Origin: the human T2T-CHM13v2.0 reference genome, Homo sapiens
Reading direction: 5' to 3' (one strand)
DNA: 64,000 bases
Assembly: GCF_009914755.1 (NCBI RefSeq)
Contig: NC_060925.1
Shown here: piece by piece, positions 61,100 to 64,000 of the stretch
Position numbering within the stretch: position 1 is the stretch's first letter
Layout of the letters: each line of letters begins with the position of its first letter
Position numbers and translations under genes: made by a program
The notes under the pieces: generated by a model
The model's database searches: none
What the model saw: only the letters and a program-made list of their open reading frames with translations
What the model was told of the DNA's origin: nothing

Positions 61100-62585
61100 T
61101 TTTCTTGCTTTTCACCACTTTCTTTCTTCAATTATATCCCTTCACTTTTATATGCAGAATCTTTCATTAACGACTTATCCTCAAATGCAAAAGCATGCTG
61201 AAGTCACTCATATTCTCAAAATCACCCTTTCTTCTAGACACTCACTCATTAATTTGAAAACTTTTAAAAAGAGAAATCTATACTTGCTATCTATACATTT
61301 TCCTTCCTTTTTCTATGAAATCAACTTCACTCTAACACCAACTCTGATATTGTTGCAAAAATTGCTGGTTCTAAAGATCAACTTGTTCTATTTTAACTCC
61401 TCTGCAACTTTTAATGTAGCTTGTCCACTCCTTCTGAAATCTCCTTTCTTTCTTTGGGTCTGCACTCCATGCTGAATTCTCCTTAAGATTCTGCCTAGAC
61501 TATCTCAACATTTCGCCTGTTTTTTCTTTCTTCTTGCCTCTTAACTATTCACAGTTCCCAAATTCCGTATTTTCACCTTTCCTTTCCTAACTCTACAAAT
61601 CTCTCTGAGTGAACTTTTCTACCCTATAGATTTTACTAATGTATGCATTAAGGTTACTTGTCACCTATAGACTTATATGTTATACAAACTCCCGGAGCGT
61701 TCTAGTGAAAATTCTCTCATATGATACTTACCTATCCAAATGTGCTTTTCTCCTATTTCATTACCATTCAAACTGATTAATCAAATTCTGACTGTTCTAC
61801 CTCCCAAATGTCTTTTTAATCTATTTTTCCTCTCCTAACTGCCCAGCTGTTGCCTAAGTTCAGAATCTTTTAATCTTTTACCTAAACAGTGACCACATAT
61901 AAATTGGAATATGTAGCTTTTAATCAACTCTAAATGGACTTCCCACTTTGTCATTTCTAGCTTTCCCACTATGCCTTTCATTTTCTAGCAAATATAGCTT
62001 TCATGTACACAATTTCGTTTTGTTACTTCATTTCATTAAAACTTTTATTATCTCTTCATGGCAGAAGGCTTAAGTTCAAGTAGCTGAAATATGTATACAA
62101 AACCTTCCATAATCTGATTCCAGATTATCCTACTTATATTTTTTGCTATTTCTTTTTAAGATCCTTCTTCTCACTGATGTTTTATATCTTTACTCAATAT
62201 GCCACTTCCATTCCAGACTTCATGGCTTTGCACCAAAGAGCTTTTCCTCCAGCCATGTACTTCTCCCTTTTTTCCTGACCAATGAAATATCACTCAAACT
62301 TCCAAACTGAGCCCAATTACCATACCCTTTAAAGGCTATTTCTGACTTCTATAAGAATTGTTACGCTCATCTTTATTGTACATAATTTATTAGAATATCT
62401 ATATATTTATAAAAATCAGATTATTTATTGCATTATAAAGTTATTTCTGATCCATGTTGTTTACTTCTCATACTGCAAAACAAATTCTTCCAGGAATCTG
62501 GTCTGTGTTTCAGTTATCTTACAGTCCCAATGGATAGCTTATTGCTAGACCCATAAATACCCTATATGATGTTTAGTTAATGAAA
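61100..62585 (+). mobile_element. L2 LINE, degenerate 3' portion
   Basis: 'ccactccttctgaaatctcc', 'ttctacctcccaaatgtc', 'aaaaccttccataatctg' and a 3'-end-like 'tgtttagttaatgaa'. Confidence 0.7.
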
Positions 62586-62679
62586 AAATTAAAAGATTTA
62601 AAAATATTAGAAAAATGCTTTATATTTTCTCAATAATTTTATGTATTATTTCAATTGATTTAATTAATAAGTTTGTGAA

Positions 62680-62765
62680 ACTTTATCTCCATTTTACAAA
62701 TGGGAATATCAAGGCATGCAAATGTTCAATTGTTTCATATTGTTCATACCAGTAGGCTAGGTTAT
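62680..62765 (-). mobile_element. MIR core fragment
   Basis: 'tatctccattttacaaatgggaatatcaaggca'. Confidence 0.6.
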
Positions 62766-63373
62766 GCAAATCAACACTCATGCTGAAAAATAAAATCTAA
62801 AAATAATGAATGAAAATTTTAATAAAACACTTCTAATTTTATAAAGGGTGACAAAACAGGAAACAATTGTTAGAGGCCAAGTAAAAGGAAAAATAAAACA
62901 GAGAGATAACAAACTTGTCAGTGATCTACGCTTAAGAGAAATTAGCACCTTTATATTGACAGTCCTTGAAGCTTTAATTATATATAAAAAAAAGAAACAA
63001 CTCAAATCAGGTGGATCAAGGGGCAAGTTCTCACAGCAGACCATGCCCATAAAAATGAGATACCAAATGGCTGCTCTCACAGGATCAGAGTAAGTCAGAA
63101 GAAAAAAAGCCCGTGTGAAATTACTGTCTGGTGTTAATCTCCTGTGTATATTGCCTGATTCTAATCCAGTAGAGATCATCCAGGGAATTTCAGTCTTTGA
63201 ATTTGTTTTAAGGTAATCTTGTTCAATCATGGGCCTGTTGCCCGAACTAGAAAAACACAATTCTCTCTTAAATATGTCCAATATAGTTCTGAAATAAATA
63301 ATTTGTACTTGTAGTTATATTTGTATTAGTAGCTATATATAGCTACTAAAGTATAATATCCAGCACATAGTCA

Positions 63374-63750
<377 letters not shown>

Positions 63751-63754
63751 AATC

Positions 63755-63958
63755 AACAAACTGTACAAATAGACCTGTAAGTGTTTTATTATTGACTAGA
63801 GACATGAAAACAACTATCTTTGCTGTGTTTAAAGGGACAAGAGATAGTCTTGAAGGTAGTAGCACTATTGAAAAATGAAATAAAACTTTTTGGAATTAAA
63901 AAATAAATAAAATTAAAACTTGTTGAATGTTTCAAGCATGAATATGTGGTATACTAGA
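63755..63958 (+). mobile_element. Old L1M ORF1-region fragment
   Basis: 'aaaacaactatctttgctgtgtttaaag' and 'aaataaaactttttggaattaaaaaata' resemble the L1M ORF1 coiled-coil region. Confidence 0.45.
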
Positions 63959-64000
63959 TTTGCTTCCCCAGGGGGAGAGAGAGAAAGAGAGAGGAAGAAA

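Overview
AT-rich, CpG-poor primate genomic DNA, very probably human or great ape given the AluJ, AluS and AluY copies. It is intronic or intergenic, and I see no protein-coding exon, structural RNA gene or CpG island that I can support. Roughly half of the window is recognisable interspersed repeat: 11 near-full-length Alus plus two tiny Alu scraps, several old L1M fragments (one about 5.6 kb), L2, MIR, MaLR/ERVL/ERV1 solo LTRs (MLT1, LTR16, LTR41-like, MER4D), hAT MITEs (MER20, MER58) and a near-full-length Tigger2 with TIRs and TA TSDs. The best direct observations are (i) a complex rearrangement inside the large L1 at 17.3-18.3 kb (13-nt Alu head, inverted ~0.83 kb segment, ~105 bp inverted duplication, 26 bp tandem repeat); (ii) a 50 bp templated copy of a nearby Alu beside a 20 bp tandem duplication at 5.35-5.43 kb; (iii) a CTCF-like motif in an LTR41-like LTR; (iv) several well-formed, probably non-coding, candidate exons on the + strand that could belong to a spliced lncRNA or 5' UTR. 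Repeat subfamily names come from my memory of consensus sequences and boundaries of old repeats are approximate. I found no evidence for a genuinely new multi-gene system.
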